64,000 nucleotides of DNA from Candidatus Moraniibacteriota bacterium (GTDB lineage: Bacteria > Patescibacteriota > Minisyncoccia > Moranbacterales > GCA-2747515): positions 321,734 through 385,733 of the forward strand of contig CP175956.1 of the NCBI GenBank assembly GCA_046116545.1. Reading direction: 5' to 3'. The position numbers were made by a program, and so were the translations under genes. Positions 41,124-50,209 of this stretch are shown here, in pieces; the stretch's first letter is position 1; each line of letters starts with the position of its first letter. The notes under the pieces were generated by a model. The model worked only from the letters and a program-made list of their open reading frames with translations. It had not been told where the DNA came from and searched no databases.

Positions 41124-41942
41124 TTAATCAAGAAACTCTTCTTCATCTTTCAATTTATCAATAATTAAGGCAACACTTTTTTTATCATCAGCACTCAAAT
41201 CTTTTAGCATTAAGCCAAATATTGAGATTGAAAATGTTTTACATATATTTAATTGAAATCGTATCATACCCCTATACTCATCATATTGTTTAACATACAA
41301 TTCTGATGCATATTCAGTTGATGCATCTGGCCCACCATGAACAAAAGACGAGAGCTCTGAATATTCTGGCAAAATTATGGGCATCCACTCTGATCCAGGC
41401 GCCTCATTATCAATTAAAAATTTAATCATATTTCTATACTTAAATTTTTTTGCATTTTTACTTATCTTGTTTTTATCTAAATCTTTAATATTAGGATGAT
41501 CATTACAAAATGATTCCCATGCATCAGAATATACTTCTTCATTTCCAGAAAGCTTAGTAGCACATTTCACAGATTCCACATAAGACAGTGCCTCATTCAT
41601 TGAAGAATTTTTATATTCTTCTCCAACAACATCACTATTTTCCCTTGTATATCTAGTCCAAATATAATTACCTTTCAGCCAATGCTCCAAAAAAATTCTA
41701 TATAAAACTTTAGCACTGTAAATATTATTATCCCTAGCTAAAACAATTGTTCCATTCTTCAATGTAAATAGATGAGTGTGTAATCCAGCCAAGGCAAACC
41801 AAGTGCTTTTATGCGTACTTTTCTTAATAAATTCTGAAAAAATTGGTAGAACTTGATCTATTAAATCAAAATAATCATCATTTTTTTCCTCAGCAATCTC
41901 AAGCCATTTATCAAAATCTTTTTGATTCATATGTTTTTTCAT
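41124..41942 (-). CDS. DUF5677-like (HEPN-like helical) protein, putative defence effector
   Basis: SAKVLYRIFLE and EYSELSSFVHG motifs; directly downstream of the RT. Confidence 0.65.
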   Translation of the reverse strand: MKKHMNQKDFDKWLEIAEEKNDDYFDLIDQVLPIFSEFIKKSTHKSTWFALAGLHTHLFTLKNGTIVLARDNNIYSAKVLYRIFLEHWLKGNYIWTRYTRENSDVVGEEYKNSSMNEALSYVESVKCATKLSGNEEVYSDAWESFCNDHPNIKDLDKNKISKNAKKFKYRNMIKFLIDNEAPGSEWMPIILPEYSELSSFVHGGPDASTEYASELYVKQYDEYRGMIRFQLNICKTFSISIFGLMLKDLSADDKKSVALIIDKLKDEEEFLD

Positions 41943-41974
41943 AATTATAATAATATCACAAAAAAATTTTAATA

Positions 41975-42907
41975 TTAAACAATTTCTCCAAGCTCATTCA
42001 TGAGAAAACGTGCAAAATCAGGCTCAATACTTTCTGCATATGCAGCCCATCCTTCTATTTTACATATAAATTTCAATGATGTCATTTGTTGATTGCCTGT
42101 TCTTTTGCAATGACTTTCTAATCCAAATTTCTTAACGTAATATAGTTCTAATCGTAAATTTTTCTTTATATATCTTGGTAATCGTGGTTGTTTCAAATCG
42201 CAAACCGTTAGTCCTGTCACATATTGATTACCACCTTTTTTTTGTATTTTATTCTTTTTTGTATTTAAGGATAATTTTTTTTTATTTAAAATACTTTCAA
42301 TTTCTTCAAAACTCAATGGGACAATTCCATTTGTTGAAAAAGTTAAGTCATCCGCATATCTTGTATAAACATATCCCTTATCTTGTGCAAGTTTCAAAAA
42401 ATCTATATCTACCTCTTTCATGAAAATATTTGCGAGAATTGGACTAGTAGAAAAACCCTGAACCAATTTATCATTCAAAGTTACTGTTTCTGCTAAAAAA
42501 TATGAATGTTCTTCATTAAATTTTAATGCATGAAAAATTTGAAATACATCATCAATATTCACTGATTCAAAAAAATTCTCAATATCAGCATTTATAATAA
42601 TTTTTTTTCCTAAGTGTTTTTCTGCATTAGTTTTAATATTTTTATTTTTAACAAATCCCTGTACATGTTCAGAAAACGAATGATTTCTTTGTAAAAAATC
42701 ATTAATTTTTTTAACAAACTCCTTTTTAGCAGGATACCATATATCATAGACAACTCTCAATCCTCCATTTTTTTTCATTAAATGTATTTCCCTTTGAAAA
42801 GAGTCTTGATCATTTTTGATTTTTTTTAATTTTGCGTTAGGTATGCCAAAAAAATTAGATAAATCACTTTGGGTTTTTATTATTTTTATTCTTGTATTAT
42901 CGTTCAT
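41975..42907 (-). CDS. Retron-type reverse transcriptase
   Basis: KKNGGLR, NAEKH (retron region X NAxxH), DIENFF, LVQGFSTSP, YTRYADDLTFS, YVTGL (region Y VTG); 310 aa with no maturase or RNase H extension. Confidence 0.92.
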   Translation of the reverse strand: MNDNTRIKIIKTQSDLSNFFGIPNAKLKKIKNDQDSFQREIHLMKKNGGLRVVYDIWYPAKKEFVKKINDFLQRNHSFSEHVQGFVKNKNIKTNAEKHLGKKIIINADIENFFESVNIDDVFQIFHALKFNEEHSYFLAETVTLNDKLVQGFSTSPILANIFMKEVDIDFLKLAQDKGYVYTRYADDLTFSTNGIVPLSFEEIESILNKKKLSLNTKKNKIQKKGGNQYVTGLTVCDLKQPRLPRYIKKNLRLELYYVKKFGLESHCKRTGNQQMTSLKFICKIEGWAAYAESIEPDFARFLMNELGEIV

Positions 42908-42912
42908 AGTAA

Positions 42913-43014
42913 TTGAAATATAAAAAATCCCTCATTATGCTCATAAATTGGAATGCTCTACAACGAATACGAACTCGTACCCTAATAAATAATAAGGGAT
43001 ATTTTATATTTCAA
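42913..43014 (-). ncRNA. Candidate retron ncRNA (a1/a2-bounded)
   Basis: 26-nt arms 42913-42938 and 42989-43014 (24/26 complementary; one mismatch is a G-U pair on the minus strand) enclosing 50 nt with a small hairpin TACG-AGTT-CGTA; fills almost the whole gap just upstream of the RT. Confidence 0.65.
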
Positions 43015-43020
43015 ATTTTA

Positions 43021-43746
43021 CTACATCTCTTCAATAAAAACAATATAATCAGACTTTTTTTTAAAATCATACCATTTAGTAGTAGCTTTTTCATGAACTA
43101 CTCTTACCATACTAATATTTTTCTTTATTTTATCTAAATTAGTTCTCACCAATGATCCTGCATCTTTATTTTCATTCTCTTTCACAAAACAGAGGACTCC
43201 CCCTAATATATAATCAGGTAAAAATGATAGCTCATTTTCCTTTTTTATTATTTCTATATTTAAAAAATTTTCAGTTATTTTTTCTTTTAAAAACTCATCT
43301 TTCATTAACAAATCTCGCATCCAAATTTTATCGCTCTCTATTTTATCAGAAAAATTTTCTACCTTTAAATTTATTTTTTCATATCCGCTTTTTTCATATC
43401 TCCTTACAATTGGACTCAAGAAACCAAGACTAATATTTTCGTAAATACTCTTATTTTCAAAATTATTTGACTGAGTCTTGATACACAAATAGGCTTGGAT
43501 ATCCGTATTAGAAATATGTTCTAATAATTTTGTTTGTATTGATTTAGAATCTTCTGAAAAATGATAGTTGATTTTTTCAATTACGTCATCGTCCTCATTC
43601 AACATCATTTTTTCCTTAATTCTAATAATGTTTTTTATTAAATTTGTATCAGCAACAACCAAAGCTACTGCTGTAATTTGATTTTTTTTACACGCTGATT
43701 CATCCATAATAAAATCTATTTCACCAAAGTTTTTTTGTCCTACCAT
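43021..43746 (-). CDS. DUF3800-like (RNase H-fold) protein, putative retron effector
   Basis: FIMDESA N-terminal acidic strand, YHFSED, C-terminal FLPDYILG. Confidence 0.6.
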   Translation of the reverse strand: MVGQKNFGEIDFIMDESACKKNQITAVALVVADTNLIKNIIRIKEKMMLNEDDDVIEKINYHFSEDSKSIQTKLLEHISNTDIQAYLCIKTQSNNFENKSIYENISLGFLSPIVRRYEKSGYEKINLKVENFSDKIESDKIWMRDLLMKDEFLKEKITENFLNIEIIKKENELSFLPDYILGGVLCFVKENENKDAGSLVRTNLDKIKKNISMVRVVHEKATTKWYDFKKKSDYIVFIEEM

Positions 43747-43783
43747 AAAAAATTGTAACCTTTACATATTAAATATTTTATTC

Positions 43784-44614
43784 TTAATCTTCTATTTGAA
43801 CGACTACTTCCTCCATCGTATAATGCACAAATTGCTTTCCAAGTTCGGTTAAAAAATATGACTTTGAATCATCAAAAGCAGATTTCATTGTTTTTGATCC
43901 ACGATTTAGCTTAACTTTTTTTTGTTTCAAAAAATTCCCCGCATTATCTGTAGCTCGCTCTTGTCTAATAACACTACCTGTACTCAAATCACGAATTAAT
44001 AATTTAAATAAATCTGCTTCAGCAGAGTCTTCTCGTGGTCTTTCATCTTTTATATTATCCCAAATTTTACCTCGAGTTATACCTGGATTTTGATAAATTT
44101 CTCTAATAACTTTAAAATGAGCTTCATGGTACATATCTATCCAATCAAGAAACAATCTAACAAGATCATCTGGACAAAGATTAACAGCTCCTGCATTTGT
44201 TAATAATTTTCTAATTAATTCTCGCTTTTCTTCTGTATCTGATTGATCCCAGGACCTGAATCCTTTTCTAACAAGATCCAAATATTCTGATGAACTGATT
44301 CTCGCTTGAACTTCTTCATCAAATTTGTCTAGTCGCGAAAGTATTTGAAATAATGTATATCCAAGTTTATTTACCTTTTCCTCATGTTCCTGAAGCCATA
44401 ATTGTTGAAAAAGATTTGTTTCTTTTTGTTCTTTCTCAGCGTCTTTTGCGGCCATTGCACCAAGAAAACCTCCTACCCACGGTATACTACCTAAAGCTGC
44501 TAAAATAAATCGCACATGACTCTTACGCTTATCTTCATCCATAAATTCAGCCAATTGATCTTGTATTGATTTGGGAATTTTTTTACTAATTTTTTCAAGT
44601 TTATTTTTTACCAT
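43784..44614 (-). CDS. Hypothetical protein (Abi-alpha/DUF4393-like, C-terminal winged-helix-like)
   Basis: ALGSIPWVGGFL N-terminal motif, EEKRELIRKLL, YFLTELGKQFV; first gene after the island promoter. Confidence 0.6.
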   Translation of the reverse strand: MVKNKLEKISKKIPKSIQDQLAEFMDEDKRKSHVRFILAALGSIPWVGGFLGAMAAKDAEKEQKETNLFQQLWLQEHEEKVNKLGYTLFQILSRLDKFDEEVQARISSSEYLDLVRKGFRSWDQSDTEEKRELIRKLLTNAGAVNLCPDDLVRLFLDWIDMYHEAHFKVIREIYQNPGITRGKIWDNIKDERPREDSAEADLFKLLIRDLSTGSVIRQERATDNAGNFLKQKKVKLNRGSKTMKSAFDDSKSYFLTELGKQFVHYTMEEVVVQIED

Positions 44615-44657
44615 ATTCTCTTTGAAATAAGGAATAGTTCAATAATTTTATAATCTA

Positions 44658-44686
44658 AGTATAGTCCCCTCTTCATTACTATGCAA
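44658..44686 (-). promoter_or_regulatory. Sigma70-type promoter of the RT operon
   Basis: Minus strand TTGCAT-17 nt-TATACT. Confidence 0.6.
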
Positions 44687-44713
44687 ACAGCAGAAAATCC
44701 CACTTTCTGCTGT
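44687..44713 (-). terminator. Hairpin downstream of the DUF2726 gene, probable terminator
   Basis: 10-bp stem ACAGCAGAAA / TTTCTGCTGT. Confidence 0.55.
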
Positions 44714-44821
44714 AATTGTTTTCAAATATATTATTGCCTACGGTCAAAGTGGAGGCAAAACGGAATTTTATCCTACCAGAAAATAAAACTTAAAAAAACC
44801 CTCAAACTATATTGACTGACT

Positions 44822-45325
44822 CTACTGTATTACTGGTTGTTGCAATATCTCGGCAATATTGTATGTAGATGTAACAGGCACATGTACAAGTCGCATATTT
44901 GCACTTTCAAATACTTGATCCACAAGCTCATCACGTTCTTTTCTTTTTTGGTTAAGGTGTGATTTTCCATCTAACTCAATTGCAATAATAGGTTTCAATG
45001 TATCTTTTTCACATAATAAAAAATCAACATGTTTTGATTGAACATAATTTTTTAATGTTTGTTTGTGACCATATTCAAGATACTTTGGAATTGTAAAAAT
45101 ATCTAAAATTCGTACTTTTGAAAATACATGATATTGATCTTGTACAGCATTACTGAGAATATTAAAAAATTCTTTCTCTGTTTTGTTCATGAAAGAATTT
45201 ACTGTATTGTACTTTAATGTTACTCGTTTCTTTTTTTCTTTTTTTGTAATAACCTCTTTTATTACATTTAATATAATAATGGTAAAAACAAACAAAAAAA
45301 CTATTATGTATGATTCTGTATTCAT
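44822..45325 (-). CDS. DUF2726 domain protein (N-terminal TM, PD-(D/E)XK-like)
   Basis: FMNKTEKEFF, KVRILD, HVDFLLC, AIELDGKSH, RDELVD. Confidence 0.85.
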   Translation of the reverse strand: MNTESYIIVFLFVFTIIILNVIKEVITKKEKKKRVTLKYNTVNSFMNKTEKEFFNILSNAVQDQYHVFSKVRILDIFTIPKYLEYGHKQTLKNYVQSKHVDFLLCEKDTLKPIIAIELDGKSHLNQKRKERDELVDQVFESANMRLVHVPVTSTYNIAEILQQPVIQ

Positions 45326-45344
45326 AATCCTAAATTTTGCAAAC

Positions 45345-45492
45345 AAAAAAGGTCTTCCGATGGCGGAAGCTCTTTCGAGCGACCCTACTCCCTTTCGAGA
45401 ATAGACCATGAATACAAGTACCAGTCAGAAGACCGTCTTTGTATTCATGGATTTCAGACCATATCCTATTTTATAAAAATAGGGGTTAGGTC
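45345..45492 (-). ncRNA. Structured cis-regulatory or antisense leader RNA upstream of the DUF2726 gene
   Basis: GC-rich patch with two GAAA-tetraloop hairpins, a closing stem GGTCTTCTGA/TCGGAAGACC plus T-tract, and a 12-bp alternative stem CCATGAATACAA/TTGTATTCATGG. Confidence 0.65.
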
Positions 45493-45673
45493 ATGCTTAA
45501 ATTGTAATTTAATTTTATATTACTATAACACTAAAATCAATATGTGCTTTTTCAGGATATTCTTTGTAATTACGATGGAAAATCCTTTTTCTTCCGCAAT
45601 TGTATTTCAAGTATGTTATTATCTGTGGTCAAGATAGAGACGGCGCGAAGTGAAGTTCTGCCTTTATCACAAA

Positions 45674-45698
45674 AGCCACACAATAAATTGTGTGGCTT
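45674..45698 (-). terminator. Terminator of the FecR-domain gene
   Basis: AAGCCACACAAT-A-AATTGTGTGGCTT type inverted repeat. Confidence 0.7.
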
Positions 45699-45720
45699 TG
45701 TCTCTGCAATATAATCTTAA

Positions 45721-47103
45721 TTACATTTCAACTTTTATATTATTGCTATAAGTGCCACATTTACCTCCTTTGTAAATACAAACTCTGAAATAATAGGTTT
45801 TATCATCACTCAAGTCTTTCCATGTATATTTTCGTGTGTCTCCGTCAGATAAGTATTTGTAATCGTCTCCTGGATATACTGGATTTTTACTTTTTGACTT
45901 TACGACTTTAAATCCTTTGGGAGCACTCCCACCTGATATATCCCATTTTAATTTAACATCATCTCCGTCTTTACTAGCACTAAGAGATACTTTGCTTGCA
46001 TATCCATCATCATTGTCATCACCACTATCTCCACTTGGAGTATCCACGTATACATCATTACTATATATGCCACATTTGCCATCTCCTTGGTAAGCACACA
46101 CTCTGAAATGATATTTTTTACCAGTATCAATTTTCCATTTATAATCTCGTACTCCACTATCTGACAGATATTTGTAATCATTTCCTGGATAAACTGGATT
46201 CACCTCTTTTGATTTTATAACTTTAAATCCGTGACCTGTATTAACGCCACTAGTATCCCAATGTAATCTCACTCCACTACTAGATTTTTCACCTGATAAT
46301 TTAATTGTGCCTGTTGTATATACTTTTTCATCTTCTTCTTTTTCTTTTTTCTCTACCTTCTTTTCTTTTTCTTTTTTTATTTCTTTATTATCACTCTTGG
46401 CTATATTCCAAGCAACAAAGTCATCTTCCAGATCCTCTTGAGTTAGATTTTCTTTTTCAACTTTTCCATCCTTCACACTTGCCTTACTGCCCTCTGAAAT
46501 TTCTTCTATTATTTCTTCATTATCATTTGTTACTTGTACAGAACTCTCTACAACCATCACATCAACTTCACTACCATCATTTTCTACACTAAATTCAGTT
46601 CCAAGTGCAGTTACTGTATATTCACCAGTTTTTACAGAATATTCACGTTTATCATTTTTTGCAACCTTGTTATATACAAAGCCTCTGTCCATACCAATAT
46701 CTATATTTCCTCCACTACCATCAAATAATATAGATGTATTTTCATCTAATCTAACAGTGCTTCCATCTTCAAATGTAACTATCGCCCTACTGTCTGCAAG
46801 AGTTCTTATTTCCTCTCCACTTTTTACGATGTCACTTTTTTCTACCTTAAACCATCCTAAATCTTTATTACTTCTTTTTTCAACACTTCCTTCTAAATAT
46901 TCAATTTGACCATTGTACTCTTTTTTTTGTACGATCTGTGCCATTGATTTATTAGTATTCTCAACAATTTTGTCCATTTGTGACACTTCTTTATTAAATG
47001 ATATAAACCCATTCCATATGAGCACAAAAGATGTCATCACAACCAATCCAATTACGACTACTGTAAATATTCTTCGTCCTTTTTTTTCGTAAAAATCTAA
47101 CAT
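45721..47103 (-). CDS. Membrane-anchored FecR-domain protein with two FN3-like repeats
   Basis: TM, FEDGSTVRLDENT...ALGTEF (FecR), two repeats GFKV.KSK..NPVYPG.DYKYLSD...FRVC.Y.G.KCG.YSN. Confidence 0.85.
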   Translation of the reverse strand: MLDFYEKKGRRIFTVVVIGLVVMTSFVLIWNGFISFNKEVSQMDKIVENTNKSMAQIVQKKEYNGQIEYLEGSVEKRSNKDLGWFKVEKSDIVKSGEEIRTLADSRAIVTFEDGSTVRLDENTSILFDGSGGNIDIGMDRGFVYNKVAKNDKREYSVKTGEYTVTALGTEFSVENDGSEVDVMVVESSVQVTNDNEEIIEEISEGSKASVKDGKVEKENLTQEDLEDDFVAWNIAKSDNKEIKKEKEKKVEKKEKEEDEKVYTTGTIKLSGEKSSSGVRLHWDTSGVNTGHGFKVIKSKEVNPVYPGNDYKYLSDSGVRDYKWKIDTGKKYHFRVCAYQGDGKCGIYSNDVYVDTPSGDSGDDNDDGYASKVSLSASKDGDDVKLKWDISGGSAPKGFKVVKSKSKNPVYPGDDYKYLSDGDTRKYTWKDLSDDKTYYFRVCIYKGGKCGTYSNNIKVEM

Positions 47104-47113
47104 ATTTTTAAAA

Positions 47114-47992
47114 TTATTTCTGAGAAGCTAATAATGCACTTCTAACTGAACAGTTCATATCCCTTTCATACAGAGGTCTATCATCAATATCATAGATTCC
47201 TACAGCATCCTCAAACACTTCACGTCTATCGTGAGCATACAAAACACCAAGTGGAAATTTTTCTTCTTCGATTGCTTTTGCAAATGCCTTTGCTCTATCA
47301 CTTTTATCATAATCATCTTCCATGTAATAAGTTCGTTCTTTGAACCACTGATATGTATTCACTTTATTAAATACTACACATGCTTGGAAAATATCAACAA
47401 GTGAAAATCCTTTGTGCTCAATAGCTTGTTTTATAATGTCTTGTGTTTCTTTTGGATCACCTGCATTCGCCCTTGCTACAAAAGGTGCATCCAGAGAGAT
47501 TGCAAGTGCAACAGGATTAATAGGCTCATCTATTACTCCCTGTGGTTGTGTAGGTGTAACTAATCCTTCTTGTGAAGTTGGAGCTGCCTGACCTTTTGTA
47601 AGTCCATAAATCATATTGTCATGCACAATAACTGTAATGTTGGGATTTCTACGAATTGTATGTATAAGATGATTTCCACCTTCCCCGTATACATCTCCAT
47701 CGCCACTTGTCACTATCACAGTTTGTTTTGGATTTGATGCTTTAATTCCTGTTGCTACAGGTAGTGCTCTACCATGCAAGCCATTGAAAAAATTTGCTTT
47801 AAAATATTGTGGTAATTTTGCTGCTTGTCCTATTCCAGAAACAAGTGTTATATCTTTTGGTTCAACGTCAATATCTTGCATAACTTTTTTCAAAGTTTGC
47901 AAAATAGGAAAGTTTCCACATCCAGGACACCATTGATTTTCAACTGATGCTGGAACATTAAAATCTTTTTTTGTTTGTGATGCTGTAATCAT
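47114..47992 (-). CDS. korB: 2-oxoacid:ferredoxin oxidoreductase, beta subunit
   Basis: WCPGCGN, SGIG, LHGR, GDGD TPP motif, YGLTKGQ. Confidence 0.9.
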   Translation of the reverse strand: MITASQTKKDFNVPASVENQWCPGCGNFPILQTLKKVMQDIDVEPKDITLVSGIGQAAKLPQYFKANFFNGLHGRALPVATGIKASNPKQTVIVTSGDGDVYGEGGNHLIHTIRRNPNITVIVHDNMIYGLTKGQAAPTSQEGLVTPTQPQGVIDEPINPVALAISLDAPFVARANAGDPKETQDIIKQAIEHKGFSLVDIFQACVVFNKVNTYQWFKERTYYMEDDYDKSDRAKAFAKAIEEEKFPLGVLYAHDRREVFEDAVGIYDIDDRPLYERDMNCSVRSALLASQK

Positions 47993-48028
47993 ATTTTTAG
48001 TATTTTAGTATATTAATTTTACCTACTT

Positions 48029-48108
48029 GTCATTCCCGCGAAGGCGGGAATCTATCGTACGGTATCAATATAATCTTACGGGAAGATTCCTGCCTTCGCA
48101 GGAATGAC
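48029..48108. repeat. Empty REP doublet (REPIN-like) of the GIY-YIG-flanking family
   Basis: GTCATTCCCGCGAAGGCGGGAATCT, 30 nt, AGATTCCTGCCTTCGCAGGAATGAC; the right arm is identical to 3996-4020. Confidence 0.85.
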
Positions 48109-48113
48109 ACCTT

Positions 48114-49820
48114 TTATAAAACATTTTTAATTTTTTCTGTTAATTCCTCAACACTAAACAACTCACCATTCCATTTGAGAATTCTCTTATCAATCTTTCT
48201 TTCACATTCTTTTTCTAATAAATCAGCAAATTGACCCGTTGCATTATTTTCAATAACTATAACCTTATCTGCCTTAGTTATCATTTTCTTTGCATTTTTA
48301 TTCAATGGAAAAACTTGCACGAATTGCACAACACTAACTTCTTTATCATCAATATTTTCCACTGCTTCTGTGATTACGTTTTTATTTGAGCCCCAACATA
48401 CAACAAGTGTTTTAGCAGATTTCTTGCCCATAATTTCTGGCTCTAGAGCAGTATCTTCTAACAATTTCTTTCTTTTGAAATATCTTTTTTCCATCATCTG
48501 CATACGCAAACCATCCATGTCTTCTGTTATGCGACCATGTTCATCATGCTCATCACTATCTGCACAAACTAATCCATCACCAAACCCAGGTACGCTCCTC
48601 GGAGAGATCCCATCATCAGTGATTGCATATCGCTTGTATTCCCTATCAGATTCCACAATATATTTTTGATGTGGTAAAACTGCAAATTCTTCTTTATCAA
48701 TAGTATAAAGGGCATCTACAAAATATTGATCAATGAGAATGAATGTTGGAATTTGATATTTGTCGGCAACATCAAGTGCATGTGCTGCTATTTCATAAGC
48801 TTGAACAGGAGTTCCTGGTGCATAAATTGCTCGTACAAATTCCCCATGACCTGCATACAAGACTAGATTTAAATCTTCTTGTGCGGTTTTTGTCGGCAAT
48901 CCTGTTGCTGGACCAGGCCTCTGAGCGATGTGTATTGTTATTGGTGTTTCAGTCATTGCTGCAAGTGATACAGCTTCACACATAAGTGCAAATCCTCCAC
49001 CAGCAGTTGTGACTATCCCACGGGCTCCTGCGTAACTTGCTCCAATTGTCATATTAATCGCTCCCAATTCATCCGTTGCCTGTTCAACAACAACTCCACA
49101 ATCTTTTCCATGTTGTGCCAAAAATGTTAAAAGTCCAGTAGATGGAGACATCGGATAAGAAGAACAAAAATCCACACCTCCCGCAAGAGCTCCAAACCCA
49201 ACAGCATCAATTCCAGAAATAAACAAATCATCCATCACTCCTTCATCCGTTTCAAATGAACATGTCACATCATTGCTAAATGCAAAGTGTTCTCCCATTT
49301 TATAACCTTTTTCAAGTGCTTCCTGATTTTTTTTAATAATATCTTCACCTTTTTTCATGAAAAATTCTCTCAGATATTCTTTTGGACGATCTATTTCAAC
49401 TCCCATAAGTCCAAGTATTGCGCCTGCTGCTACAGTGTTTGCAAATACTCTATGTCCGATTGCTTGTGCGATATTTATAAAATCAACTTCCATTATACAA
49501 GTTGAACAAAAGTCATTATTCTTAAATCCCAAAAACATTGTGTCATCAGTAAATCGTTTTTCACTATGTTTATATCCATTTGGGTCCAATGGCACAAATA
49601 AATCGATACTAGACTTATAAGCATCTCGTTTTTTACTTGAAATTCTAATAGTAGTAGAGTTCATTCCACCTCGAACACGAGACATATATTCTTTTGTAGC
49701 AAATACATGATAACCTTCACGCTTTAGCACATGAGTCAAAATATGAGAAACACTCTGAATTCCCTGACCAGCCTGACCTGCAATAACCAACGAGAAATCA
49801 TCTTTAATATGTCGTGACAT
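48114..49820 (-). CDS. korA: 2-oxoacid:ferredoxin oxidoreductase, alpha subunit (gamma-alpha fusion)
   Basis: AGQAGQG, YMSRVRGG, YPMSPST, QRPGPATGLPT. Confidence 0.9.
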   Translation of the reverse strand: MSRHIKDDFSLVIAGQAGQGIQSVSHILTHVLKREGYHVFATKEYMSRVRGGMNSTTIRISSKKRDAYKSSIDLFVPLDPNGYKHSEKRFTDDTMFLGFKNNDFCSTCIMEVDFINIAQAIGHRVFANTVAAGAILGLMGVEIDRPKEYLREFFMKKGEDIIKKNQEALEKGYKMGEHFAFSNDVTCSFETDEGVMDDLFISGIDAVGFGALAGGVDFCSSYPMSPSTGLLTFLAQHGKDCGVVVEQATDELGAINMTIGASYAGARGIVTTAGGGFALMCEAVSLAAMTETPITIHIAQRPGPATGLPTKTAQEDLNLVLYAGHGEFVRAIYAPGTPVQAYEIAAHALDVADKYQIPTFILIDQYFVDALYTIDKEEFAVLPHQKYIVESDREYKRYAITDDGISPRSVPGFGDGLVCADSDEHDEHGRITEDMDGLRMQMMEKRYFKRKKLLEDTALEPEIMGKKSAKTLVVCWGSNKNVITEAVENIDDKEVSVVQFVQVFPLNKNAKKMITKADKVIVIENNATGQFADLLEKECERKIDKRILKWNGELFSVEELTEKIKNVL

Positions 49821-49927
49821 AGATATTTATATTATTTTTTATATTATACCTAGTATACCACTAACTAGTATTGTGTTCAAAAAAATAAAAACCACAACTT
49901 ACTATTATAGTGAGTTGTGGTTAAATC

Positions 49928-50209
49928 CTATCGCTTTTCTATAGGAGCAATTGTGATTGTGGGAAGTTTTGATTTGTCCGTATTTTGATACTCTGACAAA
50001 TCAATTTCCTGGCGACGATGCACGCTCATTTGATATTTCACATCATGTGGTATTGGTGGCAATACTTCTTCAATCATTGCACGTTTAGCTAAATTAATTG
50101 GACACTGCTTTAAATGAATAAATTTACTTATCACAATGAATTTCACATCAATTGTTAACTTCGACTGTTCTGAGCTAAAACTGGCATCAATATAGTAATA
50201 CTTACTCAT
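49928..50209 (-). CDS. Hypothetical protein
   Basis: 93-aa ORF with AAGGAG upstream and a hairpin downstream (about 49889-49922). Confidence 0.55.
   Translation of the reverse strand: MSKYYYIDASFSSEQSKLTIDVKFIVISKFIHLKQCPINLAKRAMIEEVLPPIPHDVKYQMSVHRRQEIDLSEYQNTDKSKLPTITIAPIEKR

Noticed and set aside
41975-42907. RT as part of a diversity-generating retroelement, group II intron or CRISPR-associated RT
   Set aside because: The motifs are retron-type (NAxxH, QGxxTSP, VTG). I saw no TR/VR repeat pair, Avd-like gene, maturase domain, intron domain V or cas gene.
42913-43137. 74-aa plus-strand ORF across the RT upstream gap
   Set aside because: It is antisense to the operon, overlaps the DUF3800-like gene and starts at TTG; the inverted-repeat ncRNA explains the region better.
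45721-46320. Direct DNA repeats (for example ACTTTAAATCC, CCTGGATA.ACTGGATT) as a non-coding repeat system
   Set aside because: They are the two in-frame FN3-like protein repeats of the FecR-domain gene.
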